From the NCBI RefSeq assembly GCF_009914755.1, contig NC_060930.1: DNA of 64,000 nt. One strand, given 5' to 3'. The notes beneath the pieces were generated by a model. The model was not told the origin of the DNA, did no database searches, and saw only the letters and a list, made by a program, of their open reading frames with translations. Below are positions 1-13,331 of this stretch, in pieces. A program made the translations under genes and the position numbers. Origin of the DNA: the human T2T-CHM13v2.0 reference genome, Homo sapiens. Positions within the stretch are counted from its first letter, which is position 1, and each line of letters starts with the position of its first letter.

Positions 1-3000
1 TTCCTTTCGATAGAGCAGTTTAAAAACTCTCCTTGTGTAGAATTTCCAAGTGGATATTTAGCGCCATTTGAGGCCTCTGGTAGAAAAGGACTTATTTTCA
101 TAGAAAAACTAGACAGAATCATTCTCAGAAACAACATTGTGATGTGTGCATTCGACTGACAGAAATAAACCTACCTTTCGATAAAGCAGTTTTGAAATTC
201 TCTTTTTGTAGGATTTCCAAGTGGATATTTAGAGAGGTTTGAGGCCTATGGTGTAAAAGGCAATATCTTCATAGAAAAACTAGACAGAATCATTCTCAGA
301 AACTACTTTGTGATGTGGGCATTCAGCTTACTCAATTTAACTTTTCTTTTCATAGAGCAGTTTTGAAGCACTGTTTTTCTAGAATTTTCAAGAGTATATT
401 GAGAGCGCTTTGAGGCCTACGGTAGAAAAGGAAACATCTTCACACAAAAAATGTACAGAAGCATTGTCAGAAACTACTTTGTGATATTTGCATTCAACTC
501 ACACAGTTGAACATTCCTCTTGATAAGGCTGTTTTGAGACACTTTTTTTGTAGAATCTGCAAGTGGATATTTGGATCCTCTTAGTGGCCTTCGTTTGAAA
601 CGTTATTTCTTCATATGAAACTGGACAGAAGAATTTTCAGAAACTTCTTTTTGAAGTGTGCTTTCAACTCACAGAGTTGAAACTTCCTTTCGATAGAGCA
701 GTTTTCAAAGTCTCTTTTTATAGAATTTCCAAGTGGATATTTAGCGCCGTTTGAGGCCTATGTTAGAAAAGGCAATATCTTCATAGAAAAACTAGACAGA
801 ATGATTCTCAGAAACTGCTTTGTGATGTGTGCGTTCAACTCACAGAGTTTAACATTTCTTTTGGTAGAGCAGATTTGAAACACTCTTTTTATAGAATCTG
901 CACGTGAATATTTGGACTTTTTTGAGTCCTTCGTTGGAAACGGGATTTCTTCCTTTAAAACTTGAGGGAAGAATTCTCATAAACTTCTTTGTGATGTGTG
1001 CATTTAACTCTCAGAGTTGAACCTTCCCTTCAATAGATCAGTTTTGAAATACTCTTTCTGTAGAATTTTCAAATGGATATTTAGTTCAATTTGAGGCCTG
1101 TGGTAGAAAAGGAAATATCTTCATAGAAAAACTAGACAGAATCATTCTCAGAAACTACTTTGTGATGCGTGCATTCAGCTTACAGAGTTTAACCTTTCTT
1201 TTGATAGAGCAGTTTTGAAACAACGTTTTTGTGGAATTTGCAAGTGTATTTCAGAGTGCCTTGAGGCCCGCGGTAGAAAAGGAAATATCTTCAAAAAAAA
1301 CTAGACAGAAGTATTGTCAGTAACTAGTTTGTCATATTTGCATTCAACTAACAGTGTTGAAGATTCCTCTTGATAGAGCAGTTTTAAAATACTCTTTTTG
1401 TAAAATCAGCAATTGGATATTTGGACCTTTTTTGTCCATCGTTTGATACGTGATTTCTTCATATAAAACTAGACAGAAGAATTCTGAGAAACTTCCTTTT
1501 GATGTGTGCTTTCAACTGACAGACTTGAACCTTCCTTTCGATAGGGCAGTTATGAAACTCTCTTTTTGTAGGGTTTCCAAGTGGATATTTAGTGCCGTTT
1601 GTGGCCTCTGGTAGAAAACGCCTTATCTTCACAGAAAAACTAGGCAGAATCATTCTCAGAAACTACATTTTGATGTGGGCTTTCCGATTACAGGGTTTAA
1701 CTTATGTTTTGATAGAGCAGTTTTGAAACACTGTGTTTGTGGGATTTGCAAGTCTATATTTAGAGCGCTTTGAGGCCTAAGGTAGGGAAGGAAATATCTT
1801 CACAAAAAAACTGTACAGAAGAATTGTCAGGAACTACTTTTTGATATTTGCATTCAAGTCACCGAGTTGAACATTCGTCTTGATGGGGCTGTTTTGAAAC
1901 ATTCTTTTTGTATAATCTGTAAGTGGATATTTGGATCCTCTCTGGGGCCTTCGTTTGAAACGTGATTTCTTCATATAAATCTAGACAAAAGAATTCTCAG
2001 AAAGTTATTTGTGATGTGTGTTTTCAACTCACAGAGTTGAACCTTCCTTTCGATAGAGCAGTTTTGAAACTTTCTATTTGTAGAATTTCCAAGTGGATAT
2101 TTAACGCCGATTTAGGCTTATGGTAGAAAAGGCAATATCTTCATACAAAAACTAGACAGAATCATTCTCAGAAACTACTTTGTGATGTGTGCGTTCAACT
2201 CACAGAGTTTAACCTTTCTTTTGATGGAGCAGTTTTGAAACACTCTTTTTGTAGAATCTGCAAGTGAATATTTTGACTTTTTTGAGGCCTTTGTTGGAAA
2301 CGGGATTTCTTCATATAAAACTTGACAGAAGAATTCTCATAAACTTCTTTGTGATGTGTGCATTCAACTCACAGAGTTGAACATTCCCTTCGATAGAGCA
2401 GTTCTGTAATACTGTTTTTATAGAATATTCAAGTGGATATATAGTGCGGTTTGAGGCCAATGTTAGAAAAAGTAATATCTTCATGGAAAAAACTAGACAG
2501 AATCATTCTCAGAAACTACTTTGTGATGTGTGCATTCAGCTTACAGAGATTAACCTTTCTTTTGATAGAGCAGTTTTGAAACAACCTTTTTGTGGATTTT
2601 GCAATTGTATATATAGAGCGCTTTGAGGTCTACAGTAGAAAAGGTAATATCTTCATAAAAAAACTAGACAGAAGCATTGTCAGAAACTATTTTGTCATAT
2701 TTGCATTCAACTCACAGTGTTGAACATTCTCCTTGATAGAGCAGTTTTGAAACACTCTTTTTGTAGAATCTGCAAGTGGATATTTGGACATCTTTGTGTC
2801 CATCATTTGATACGTGATTTCTTCATATCAAACTAGACAGAAGAATTTTGAGAAACTACTTTCTGATGTGTGCATTGAACTCACAGAGTTTAACCTTTCC
2901 TTTCATAGAGCAATTTTGAAACACTCTTTTTGTAGTATCCGCAAGTGAATATTTGGACTTTTTTGAAGCTTTCAATGGAAACGGGGTTTCTTCATATAAA

Positions 3001-5240
3001 ACTAGACAGAAGAATTCTCAGAAACTTCTTTGTGATGTAGGATTTCAACTCACAGAGTTGAACCTTCCTTTTGATAGAGCAGTTTTGAGACTCTCTTTTT
3101 GTAGAATTTGCAATTGGATATTTAGCGCCGTTTGAGGCCTATCGTAGAAAAGGCAATATCTTCATAGAAAAACTAGACAGAATCATTCTAAGAAACTACT
3201 TTGTGATGTGTGTGTTCAACTCACAGAGTTTAACCTTTCTTTTGATGGAGTAGTTTTGAAACACTCTTTTTGTAGTATCTGCAAATGAATATTTGGACTT
3301 TTTTGAGGCCTTCTTTGGAAACCGGGTTTCTTCATATAAAACTTTACAGGAGAATTCTCAGAAACTTTTTTGTGATGTGGGAATTCAACTCACAGCGTTC
3401 AACTTACCTTTCGATAGAGCAGTTTTGAAATTCTCTTTTTGTGGAATTTCCAAGTTGTAATTTAGAGCAGTTGGGGGCCTGTGTTATAATAGGAAATATC
3501 TTCATAGAAAAACAAGACAGAATCATTCTCAGAAACTGCTTTGTGATATGGACATTCAGCATACAGAGTTTAACTTTTGTCTTGATAGAGCAGTTTTGAA
3601 ACACACTTTTTGTAGAATCTACAAGCGAATATTTGGACTTTTTTGAGGCCTTCATTGGAAACGGGATTTCTTCATATAAATCTAGACAGAAGAATTCTCA
3701 GAAACTTCTTTGTGATGTGTGCTTTCAACTCACAGAGTTGAAACTTGCTTTCGATAGAGCACTTTGGAAACTCTCTTTCTGTAGAATTTCCAAGTGGATA
3801 TTTAGCGCAGTTTGAGGCCTATGGTAGAAAAGGCAATATCCTCATAGAAAAAATAGAATCATTGTCAGAAACTACTTTGTGATGAGTGCATTCAGCGTAC
3901 AGAGTTTAACATTTCTTTTGATAGAGTAGTTTTGAAACCATCTTTTTGTGGAGTTTCCAAGTGTATATTTAGAGGGCTTGGAGGCCTACTGTAGAAAAGG
4001 AAATACTTTCACAAAAAAACTAGACAGTAGTATTGTCAGAAATTAATTTGCCATATTTGCATTCAACTCACAGAGTTGAACATTCCTCTTGATAGGGCTG
4101 TTTTGAAACACTCTTTTTGTAGAATCTGCAAGTGGATATTTAGATCCTCTTTGTGGCCTTCCTTTGAAACATGATTTCTTCATATAAAATTAGACAGAAG
4201 AATTCTCAGAAACTTATTTGTGATGTGTGCCTTCAACTCACAGAGTTGAACCTTCATTTCGATAGAGCAGTTTTGAAACTCTCTTTTTGAAGGATTTCCA
4301 AGAGGATATGTAGCGCCGTTTGCCGCCTATGGTAAAAAAGGCAATATCTTCATAGAAAAACTAGACAGAATGATTCTCAGAAACTACTTTGTAATGTGTG
4401 CATTCAACTCACAGAGTTTAACCTTCTTTTGATAGAGCACTTTTGAAACACTCTTTTTGTAGAATCTGCAAGTGACTATTTGGACTTTTTCGAGGCCTTC
4501 TTTGAAAACGGGATTTCTTCATATAAAACTAGACAGAAGAATTCTCAGAAACTTCTTTGTGATGTGTGCCTTCAACTCACAGAGTTGAACCATCATTTCG
4601 ATAGAGCAGTTTTGAAACTCTCTTTTTGAAGTATTTCCAAGAGGATATTTAGCGCCGTTTGTCGTCTATGGTAGAAAAGGCAATATCTTCATAGAAAAAC
4701 TAGACAGAATGATTCTCAGAAACTACTTTGTGATGTGTGCGTTCAACTCACAGAGTTTAGCCTTTCTTTTGATAGAGCACTTTTGCAACACTCTTTTTGT
4801 AGAATCTGCAAGTGAATATTTGGACTTTTTCGAGGCGTTCTTTGAAAACATGATTTCTTCATATAAAACTAGACAGAAGAATTCTCAGAAACTTCTTTGT
4901 GATGTGTGCATTCAACTCAAAGAGTTGAACCTTCCCTTTGATAGAGCAGTTTTGAAACACTCTTTTTTTAGAATTTTCAAGTTGATATTTAGTGCTTTTC
5001 GAGGCCTATGGTAGAAAAGGAAATATCTTCATAGAAAAACCAGACACAATCATTCTCAGAAACTACTTTGTGATGGGTGCATTCAACTTATAGAGTTTAA
5101 CCTTTCTTTTGATAAAGCAGTTTTGAAACAACCTTTTTGTACTATTTGCAAGTGTATATTTAGAGTGATTTGAGGCCTATGGGAGAAAATGAAATATCTT
5201 CACATAAAACATGACAGAAGCATTGTCAGAAACTGCTTTG
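1..5240 (+). repeat. Pentamer-based alphoid domain (type I), first block
   Basis: Recurring order B(TTCGTTTGAAACGTGA)-A(TTAGCGCCGTTTGAGG..GGCAATAT)-B(GTGAATATTTGGACTTTT..GGAAACGGGA)-A(GAGCGGTTCGAGG)-A(TTCAGCTTACAG..GTGTATATTTAGAGCGC..GCATTGTCAG), ~850 bp per unit; boundary approximate. Confidence 0.8.
929..945 (+). promoter_or_regulatory. Canonical CENP-B box
   Basis: CTTCGTTGGAAACGGGA exact. Confidence 0.95.
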
Positions 5241-7897
5241 TGATGTTTGCATTCAACTCACAGAGTTGAATATTCCTCTGGATAGAGCAGTTTTGAAACA
5301 CATTTTGTAGATTCTGCAAGTGGGTATTTGGACCTCTTTGAAGACTTCTGTGGTTACGGGAATTTCTTCACATAAAAATAGAGAGAAGATTTCTCAGAAA
5401 CATTTGTGATGTGTGCATTGAACTCTCAGAGTTCAACCTTCCCTTTGATAGAGCAGTTTTGAAACACTCTTTTTGTAGAATTTCCAAGTGCATATTTAGA
5501 GCGCTATTCAAAGCCTATGGTAGAAAAGGAAATATCTTCATATAAAAACTACACAGAATCAATCTCAGAAGCTACTTTGTGATGTGCGCATTCAACTCAA
5601 AGAGTTTAACCTTTCTTTTGATAGAGCAGTTTTCAAACACTCTGTGTGTAAAGTCTGCATGTGGATATTTGGAGCCCTTTGAGGCCTTCTTTGGAAACGG
5701 GAATATCTTCACATGAAAAGTAGGCAGAAGTATACTCAGAAACTTCTTTGTGATGTCTGCACTTAACTCACAGAGTTGAACCTTTCTTTTGATAGATCAG
5801 CTTTGAAACATTCTTTTTGTAGAAGTTGCAAGTAGATATTTAGATCGCTTTGAGGCCTATGGTAGAAAAGGAAATATCTTCATATAAAAACTAGACAGAA
5901 TCATTCTCAGAAACTACTTTGTGATGTGTGCGTTCAACTCACAGAGTTTAACCTTTCTTTTGATAGAGCAGTTTTGAAACCCTCTGTTTGTTAAGTCTGC
6001 AGTTAGATATTTGGAGCACTTTTAGGCCTTCTTTGGAAATGGGAGTATCTTCACATAAAAATTAGACAGAAGAATTCTCAGATACTTCTTTGTGACGTCT
6101 GCACTCAACTCAAAGAGTTGAGACTTCCTTTTGATAGAGCAGTTTTGAAACACTCCTTTTGTAGAATTTGCAAGTGGATATCTAGTACGCTTTGTGGCCT
6201 ATGGTGGAAAAGGAAATAAGTTCTTAGAAAACTACACAGCATCATTCTCTGAAACACTTCTGTGATGTGTGCGTTCAACTCACAGGGTTTAACCTTTCTT
6301 TTGATAGAGCAGCTTTGAAACACTCTTTTTGTGGAATTTGCAAGAGAATATTTAGAGTGCTTTGAGGCCTATGGAAGAGAAGGAAATATCTTTACAGAAA
6401 AACTAGGCAGAAGCATTCTCAGAAACTACTTTGCGACGTTGCATTCAGCTCACAGAGTTGAACAGTCCTCTTGATGGAGCAGTTTTGAAACACTATTTTG
6501 TAGAATATGCAAGTGAATATTTGAACATTTTTGAGGCATTCGTTGGAAACAGGATTTCTTCATATAAAAGTAGACAGAAAAATTCTAAGCAACTTCTTTG
6601 TGATGTCTGCATTGAACTCACAGGGTTGAAATTTCTTTTCGGTAGATCAGTTTTGAAATACTCTTATTGTAGAATTTCCAAGGGTACATTTAGAGTGCTT
6701 GGAGGCCTATGGTAGAAAAGGAAACCTATTCTCATAAAAACTAGACAGAAGCATTCTCAGAAACCACTTTGTGATGTTTCCATTCACCTCAGAGAGTTGA
6801 ACAGTCCCCTTTGATAGCGTACTTTTGAAATACTCTTTTTGTACAATCTGCAAGTGGATATTTGGACCTCTTTGAGGCATTCGTTGAAAATGAGATTTCT
6901 TCATATAAAACTAGACGGAAGAATTCGCAGAAACTTCTCTGTGAAGTGTGCATTCATGTCACAGAGTTGAACCTTCCTTTCCATAGAGCAGTTTTGAAAC
7001 ACTCTTTTTGTAGAATTTCCAAGTGGATATTTAAAACGTTTTGGGGCCTATTGCAGAAAAGGAAATACCTTCACAGAAAAACTAGACAGAATCATTCTCA
7101 GAAACTACTTTATGATGTGTGGGTTCAACTCACAGAGTTTAACCTTTCTTTTGACAGAGTAGTTTTGAAACAGTCTTTTTGTAGAATTTGCAAGTGTATA
7201 TTTAGAGTGCTTTGAGGACAATGGTAAAAAGGAAATAACTTCATATAAAAACTAGAGGGAAGGACTCTCAGAAACTTCTTGTGATATTTGCATTCAACTC
7301 ACAGAGTTAAACATTCCTCTTGAGAGAGCAGTTTTTAAACACTGTTTTTGTAGAGTCTGCAAGTGAATATTTGGAACTCTTTGAGTCCTTCCTTTTAAAT
7401 GGTTTTTCTTCATAGAAAACTAGAGAGAAGAATTCTGAGAAACTTCTTTGTGATGTGTGCATTGAAATCACAGAGTTGAACCTTCCTTTCAATAGAGCAG
7501 TTTTGCAAAACTCTTTTGGTAGAATTTCCAAGTGGTTATTTAGAGCACTTTGACGCCTACATTATAAAGGTAAATATCTTCATAGTAAAACTGGACAGAA
7601 TCATTCTCAGAAACTACTATGTGATGTGTGCTTTCAACTCACACAGTTTAATCTTTCTTTTGATAGAGCAGTTTTGAAACACTCTTTTTGTACAATTTGC
7701 GTATGTTTATTTTGAGTGCTATGAGGCCTGTGGTAGAAAGTGAATATCTTCACAAAGAAACTAGACAGAAGCATTCTCAGAAACTACTTTGTGATGTTTG
7801 CATTCAACTCACAGAGTTGAACATTTCTCTTGATAGAGCAGTTTTGAAACACTCTTTTGGTAGTATGTGCAAGTGCATATTTGGAACACTTTGAGGC

Positions 7898-7914
7898 CTT
7901 CGTTGGAAACGGGA
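7898..7914 (+). promoter_or_regulatory. Canonical CENP-B box
   Basis: CTTCGTTGGAAACGGGA exact. Confidence 0.95.
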
Positions 7915-9590
7915 TTTCTTCATATAAAACTAGACAGAAGAATTCTCAGAAACTTCCTTGTGATGGGTGCATTGAACTCACAGAGTTGGACCTTCCGTTC
8001 GATAGAGCAGTTTTGAAACACTCTTTTTGTAGTATTACCAAGTGGATATTTAGAACGTTTTGAGGCTTATTGCAGAAAAGGTAATACCTTCATAGAAAAA
8101 CTAGACACAATCATTCCCAGAAACTACTTTTTGATGTGTGGGTTCAACTCACAGAGTTTAACCTTTCTTTTGATAGAGTAGTTTTGAAACAGTCTTTTTG
8201 TAGAATTTGCAAGTGTATATTTAGAGTGCTTTGAGGCCAACGGTAGAAACGGAAATATCTTCATATAAGAACTAGATGGAAGCATTCTCAGAAACTACTT
8301 GAGATGTTTGCATTCAACTCACAGAGTTGAACATTTCTCTTGATAGAGCAGTTTTGAAACCCTCATTTGTAGAATCTTTAAGTGGATATTTGTACGTCTT
8401 TGAGGCCACCGTTGGTAACGGGATTTCTTCATATAAAAAAGAGAGAAGATTTCAAAGAAACTACTTTGTGATTTGTGGGTTCACCTCCCAGAGTTTAAAA
8501 TTTCTCTTGAGAGAGCAGCTTTGAAACACTGTTTTTCTGGAATGTGCAAGTGTATATTTAGTGCGCTTTGAGGCCTATGGTAAAAAAGGGAATATCTTCA
8601 CATAAAAACTGGACGGAAGCATTCTCAAAAACTACTTTGTGATGTTTGCATTCAACCCACAGAGTTGAATACTCCTCTTGATAGAGAAGTTTTGAAACAC
8701 TATTTTTGTGGAATCTGCAAGTGGACATTTGGACCTCTTTGAGACCTTCGTTGGAAATGGGAATTCTTCATATAAACAAGACAAAAGAATTCTCAGAAAC
8801 TACTTTGCGATGTGTGCGTTCAACTCAAGAGTTTAACCTTCGTTTCGATAGAGCAGTTTGGAAACACCCTTTTGTAGAATTTGCAAGTGCATATTTAGAG
8901 CGCTTTGAGGCCTATCGTAGAAAAGGAAATATCTTCACATAAAAACTAGACGGAAGCATTCTCAGAAACTAGTTTGTGATGTTTGCATTCAATTCACAGA
9001 TTTGAACATTCCTCTTGATATGGTAGTTTTAAAAAACTCTTTTTGTACAATCTGCAAGTGCAAATTTGGACCTCTTTGAGGGTTTAGTTGAAAATGGGAT
9101 TTCTTCATATAAAACTTGACAGAAGAATTCGCAGAAACTTCTTTGTGAAGTGTGCATTCATCTCACAGATTTGAACCTTCTTTTCGATAGAGCTGTTTTG
9201 AAACACTCTTTTTGTAGAATTTCCAAGTGGATATTGAGAGCGTTTTCAGACCTATGGTAGAAAAAAATATCTTCATAGAAAAACTAGACAGAATCATTCT
9301 CAGAAACTACTTCTTGATGTGTTTTTCCAACTCACAATGTTCAACCTTTCTTTTGATAGAGTAGTTTTGAAAAACTCTTTTTGTAGTATTTGCAAGTGTA
9401 TATTTAGAGTGCTTTGAAGCCAACGGTAGAAAAAGAAATATCTTCATATAAAAACTAGACGGAGGCATTCTCACAAACTTCTTGTGATGTTTGCATTCAA
9501 CTCACAGAGTTGAGCATTCCTCTTGATAGAGCAGTTTTGAAACACTCTTTTTGTAGAATCTGCAAGTGGATATTTGGACCTCTTTGAGGC

Positions 9591-9607
9591 TTTCGTTTTA
9601 AACGGGA
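9591..9607 (+). promoter_or_regulatory. Variant CENP-B box, 9 essential nucleotides intact
   Basis: TTTCGTTTTAAACGGGA fits NTTCGNNNNANNCGGGN. Confidence 0.8.
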
Positions 9608-12600
9608 TTTCTTCATACAAAATTAGACAGAAGAATTCTGAGAAATTTCTTTGTGATGTGTGCATTGAACTCACAGAATTGAACCTTCCTTTCAATAGAT
9701 CAGTATTGAAAAACTCTTTTTGTAGAATTTCCAAATAGATATTTAGAGCGCTTGCAGGCCTATGGTAGAAAAGGAAGTATGTTCATAAAAGAACTGCAAA
9801 GAATCTTTCTCAGAAACTACTATGTAATGTATGCATTCAACTCACATCGTTTAACCTTTCTTTTGATAGAGCAGTTTTGAAACACTCTTTTTGTAGAATT
9901 TTCTTGTGTATAAATAGAGCGCTTTGAGGCCTAAGGTAGGAAAGGGAATATCTTCACGTAAATCTAGACAGAAGCATTCTCAGAAACTACTTTGTGATGT
10001 TTGCATTAAACTCACAGAGTTGAACATTCCTCTTCATAGAGCAGTTTTGACAACACTTTTTTTGTAGAATCTGCACGTGGATATTTGGACCTCTTTTAAG
10101 CCCTCGTTGGAAACGAGATTTCTTCATCAAAATCTACACAGAAGAATTCTCAGAAACTTCTTGGTGATGTTTGCATTGAACTCACAGAGATCAACCTTCC
10201 TTTCGAAAGATCAGTTTTGAAACACTCTTTTTGTAAAATTTCCAAGTGTAAATTTAGAGTGCTTGGAGGCCTATGGTAGAAAAGGAAATATATTCACATA
10301 AAAACTAGAAAGAAGCATTGTCAGAAACTACTTTGTGATGTTTGCATTCAACTCACAGAGTTGAACAGTCCTCTTTATAGCGTAGTTTTGAAAGAATCTT
10401 TTTGTACAATCTGCAAGTGGATATTTGGAACTCTTTGAAGCTTTCGTGGGAAAGGGGATATCTTCATATAAAACTAGACAGAAGAATTCACAGAAACTAC
10501 TTTGAGAAGTGTGAATTCATCTCACAGAGTTGAACATTCCTTTCGCTAGAACAGTTTTGAAAAACTCTTTTTGTAGAATTTCCAAGTGGATATGTAAAGC
10601 TTTTTGAGGCCTATTTTAGAAGAGGAAATATCTTCATAGAAAAACTAGACAGAATCATTCTGAGAAACTACTTTTTCTGTGTGCGTTCAACTCACAGATT
10701 TTAACTTTTCTGTTGATAGAGCAGTTTTGAAACACTCTTTTTGTACAATTTGCAAGTGTATATTAGGAGTGCTTTGAGGCCTACGGGAGAAAAGGAAGTA
10801 TATTCACATAAAAACAAGACCGAAGCATTCACAAAAACTGCTTTGTGATGTTTGCCTTCAACTCACAGAGTTGAACATTCCTCTTGATAGAGCAGTATTG
10901 CAACACAATTTTTGAAGAATCTGCAAGTGAATATTGGAACGCTTTGAGGCCTTTGTTGGAAACGGGATTTCTTACTATAAACAAGACAGAAGAATTCTCA
11001 GATACTACTTTGTGATGTGTGCAACTGACCGGGTTTAAACTTTCTGTTGATAGAGCAGCTTTGAAACACTCTTTTTGTGGAATTTGCAAGTGTATATTTA
11101 GAACGCTTTGAGGCATATGGAAAAAAAGGAAATATCTTTAAATAAAAACTAGATGGAAGCATTCTCAGAAACTAATTTGTGATGCTAGCATTCAACTCAC
11201 AGAGTTGAACATTCCTCTTGATAAAGCAGTTTTGAAACACTCTTTTTGTGGAATCTGCAAGTGGATATTTCGACCTCTTTGAGGCCTTCGTTGGAAATAG
11301 GAATTCTTCATATGAACACGAAAGAATAATTCTCAGAAACTACTTTGTGATGTGTACGTTCAACTCACAGAGTTTAACATTACTTTCCACTGAGCAGTTT
11401 TGAAACACTCTTTTTGTGGAATTTGCAAGTGCATATTTAGAGCGCTTTGAGGCCTACGGTAGAAAACGAAATATATTCACATAAAAACTAGACAGAAGCA
11501 TTCTCAGAAACTAATTTGTGATGTTTGCATTCAACTCACAGAGCTTAGCCTTTCATTTGATAGGGCAGGTTTTAAACACTCTTTTTGTACAATTTGCATG
11601 TGTATATTTAGAATGCTTTGAGGGCTATGTTTGAAAGGGAATATCTTCACATAAAAACTAGACAGAAGCATTCTCAGAAACTACTTTGTGATGTTTGCAT
11701 TCAACTCACAGAGTTGAACATTCCTCTTGATAGAGCAGTTTTGAAACACTCTTTTGGAAGTGGCTGCAAGTGGATATCTGGGCATCTATGAGGCCATTGT
11801 TGGAAACGGGATTTCTTCATACAAAACTAGAGAGAAGAATTTTCAGAAACTTCTTTGTGATGTACGCATTGAACTCACAGAGTTGAACCTTCAGATCGAT
11901 AGAGCAGTTTTGAAACATTCTTTTTGTAGAATTTCCACGTGGATATTTAGAACATTTTGAGTTCTATTGCAGAAAAGGAAATAACATCAGAGAAAAACTA
12001 GACAGAATCATTCTCAGAAACTACTTTTTATGCGTGGGTTCAACTCACAGAGTTTAACCTTTCTTTTGATAGAGTAGTTTTGAAACAGTCTTTTTGTAGA
12101 ATTTGCAAGTGTATATTTAGAGTGCTTTGAGGACAACGGTAGAAACGGAAATATCTTCATATTAAAAGTGGACGGAAGCATTCTCATAAAGTACTTGTGA
12201 TGTTTGCATTCAACTCACAGAGTTGAACATTTCTCTTGATGGAGCAGTTTTGAACCACTCTTTTTGTAGAATCTGCAAGTGGATATTTCGACCTCTTTGA
12301 GGCCATCGTTGGTAACGGGATTTCTTCATATAAAAAAGACAGAAGAATTCAAAGAAACAACGTTGTGATTTGTGCGTTCACCTTCCAGAGTTTTAAGTTT
12401 CTGTTGATAGAGCAGCTTTGAAACACTCTTTTTCTGGAATGTGTAAGTGTATATTTAGTGCGCTTTGAGATCTATGGCAAAAAAGGGAATATCTTCACAT
12501 AAAAAATAGACGGAAGCATTCTCAGAAACTACTTTGTGATGTTTGCATTCAACACAGAGTTGAACATTCCTCTGGAGAGAGCAGTTTTGAAACACTCTTT

Positions 12601-13314
12601 TTGCCGAATCTGCAAGTGGACATTTGGACCTCTTTGAGGCCTTCATTGGAAAAGGGAATGCTTCGTATAAACAAGACAGAAGAATAATGAGAAACTACTC
12701 TGTGATGTGTGCGTTCAACTCACAGAGTTTAACCTTCGTTTCGACAGAGCAGTTTGGAAATAATCTTTTTGTAGAATTTGCAAGTTTATATTTAGAGTGC
12801 TTTGAGGCCTATGGTAGAAAAGGAATTATCTTCATATAAAACTAGACAGAATCTTTGTCAGAAACTGCTTTGAGATATTTGCATTCAACTCACAGACTTG
12901 CACATTCCTCTTGATAGAGCAGTTTTGAAATACTCTTGTAGAATCTGCAAGTGGATATTTGGACCTCTTTGTAGCCTTCGTTTGAAACGTAATTTCTTCA
13001 TATAAAACTACACAGAAGAATTCTCAGAAACTTTTTTGTGATTTGTGCTTTCAACTCACAGAGTTGAACCTTCCTTTCAATAGATCAGTTTTGAAACTCT
13101 CATTTTGTAGAATTTCCAAGTGGATATTTAGTGTCTTTTGAGGCCTACTGTAGAAAAGGCAATATCTTCATAGAAAAACTAGAAAGAATGAATCTCAGAA
13201 ACAACTTTGTGATGTGTGCATTCAACTCACAGAGTTTGACCTTTCTTTTGATAGAGCAGTTTTGCAATGCTCTTTTTGTAGAATCTGCAAGTGAATATTT
13301 GGATTTTTTGAGGA

Positions 13315-13331
13315 CTTCGATGGAAACGGGA
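13315..13331 (+). promoter_or_regulatory. Variant CENP-B box, essential nucleotides intact
   Basis: CTTCGATGGAAACGGGA fits NTTCGNNNNANNCGGGN. Confidence 0.8.

Larger units (their letters stand above)
6130..12790 (+). repeat. Long-period alphoid domain (type II), first block
   Basis: Pentamer markers are lost. Private markers appear (GACGGAAGCATTC, GTTGGTAACGGGA, ATAAACAAGACAG, GTGCAAATTTGG, GTGGGTTCAACT); the GTTGGTAACGGGA box region recurs at 8404 and 12301 (period 3897 bp, ~23 monomers). Boundaries approximate. Confidence 0.75.
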
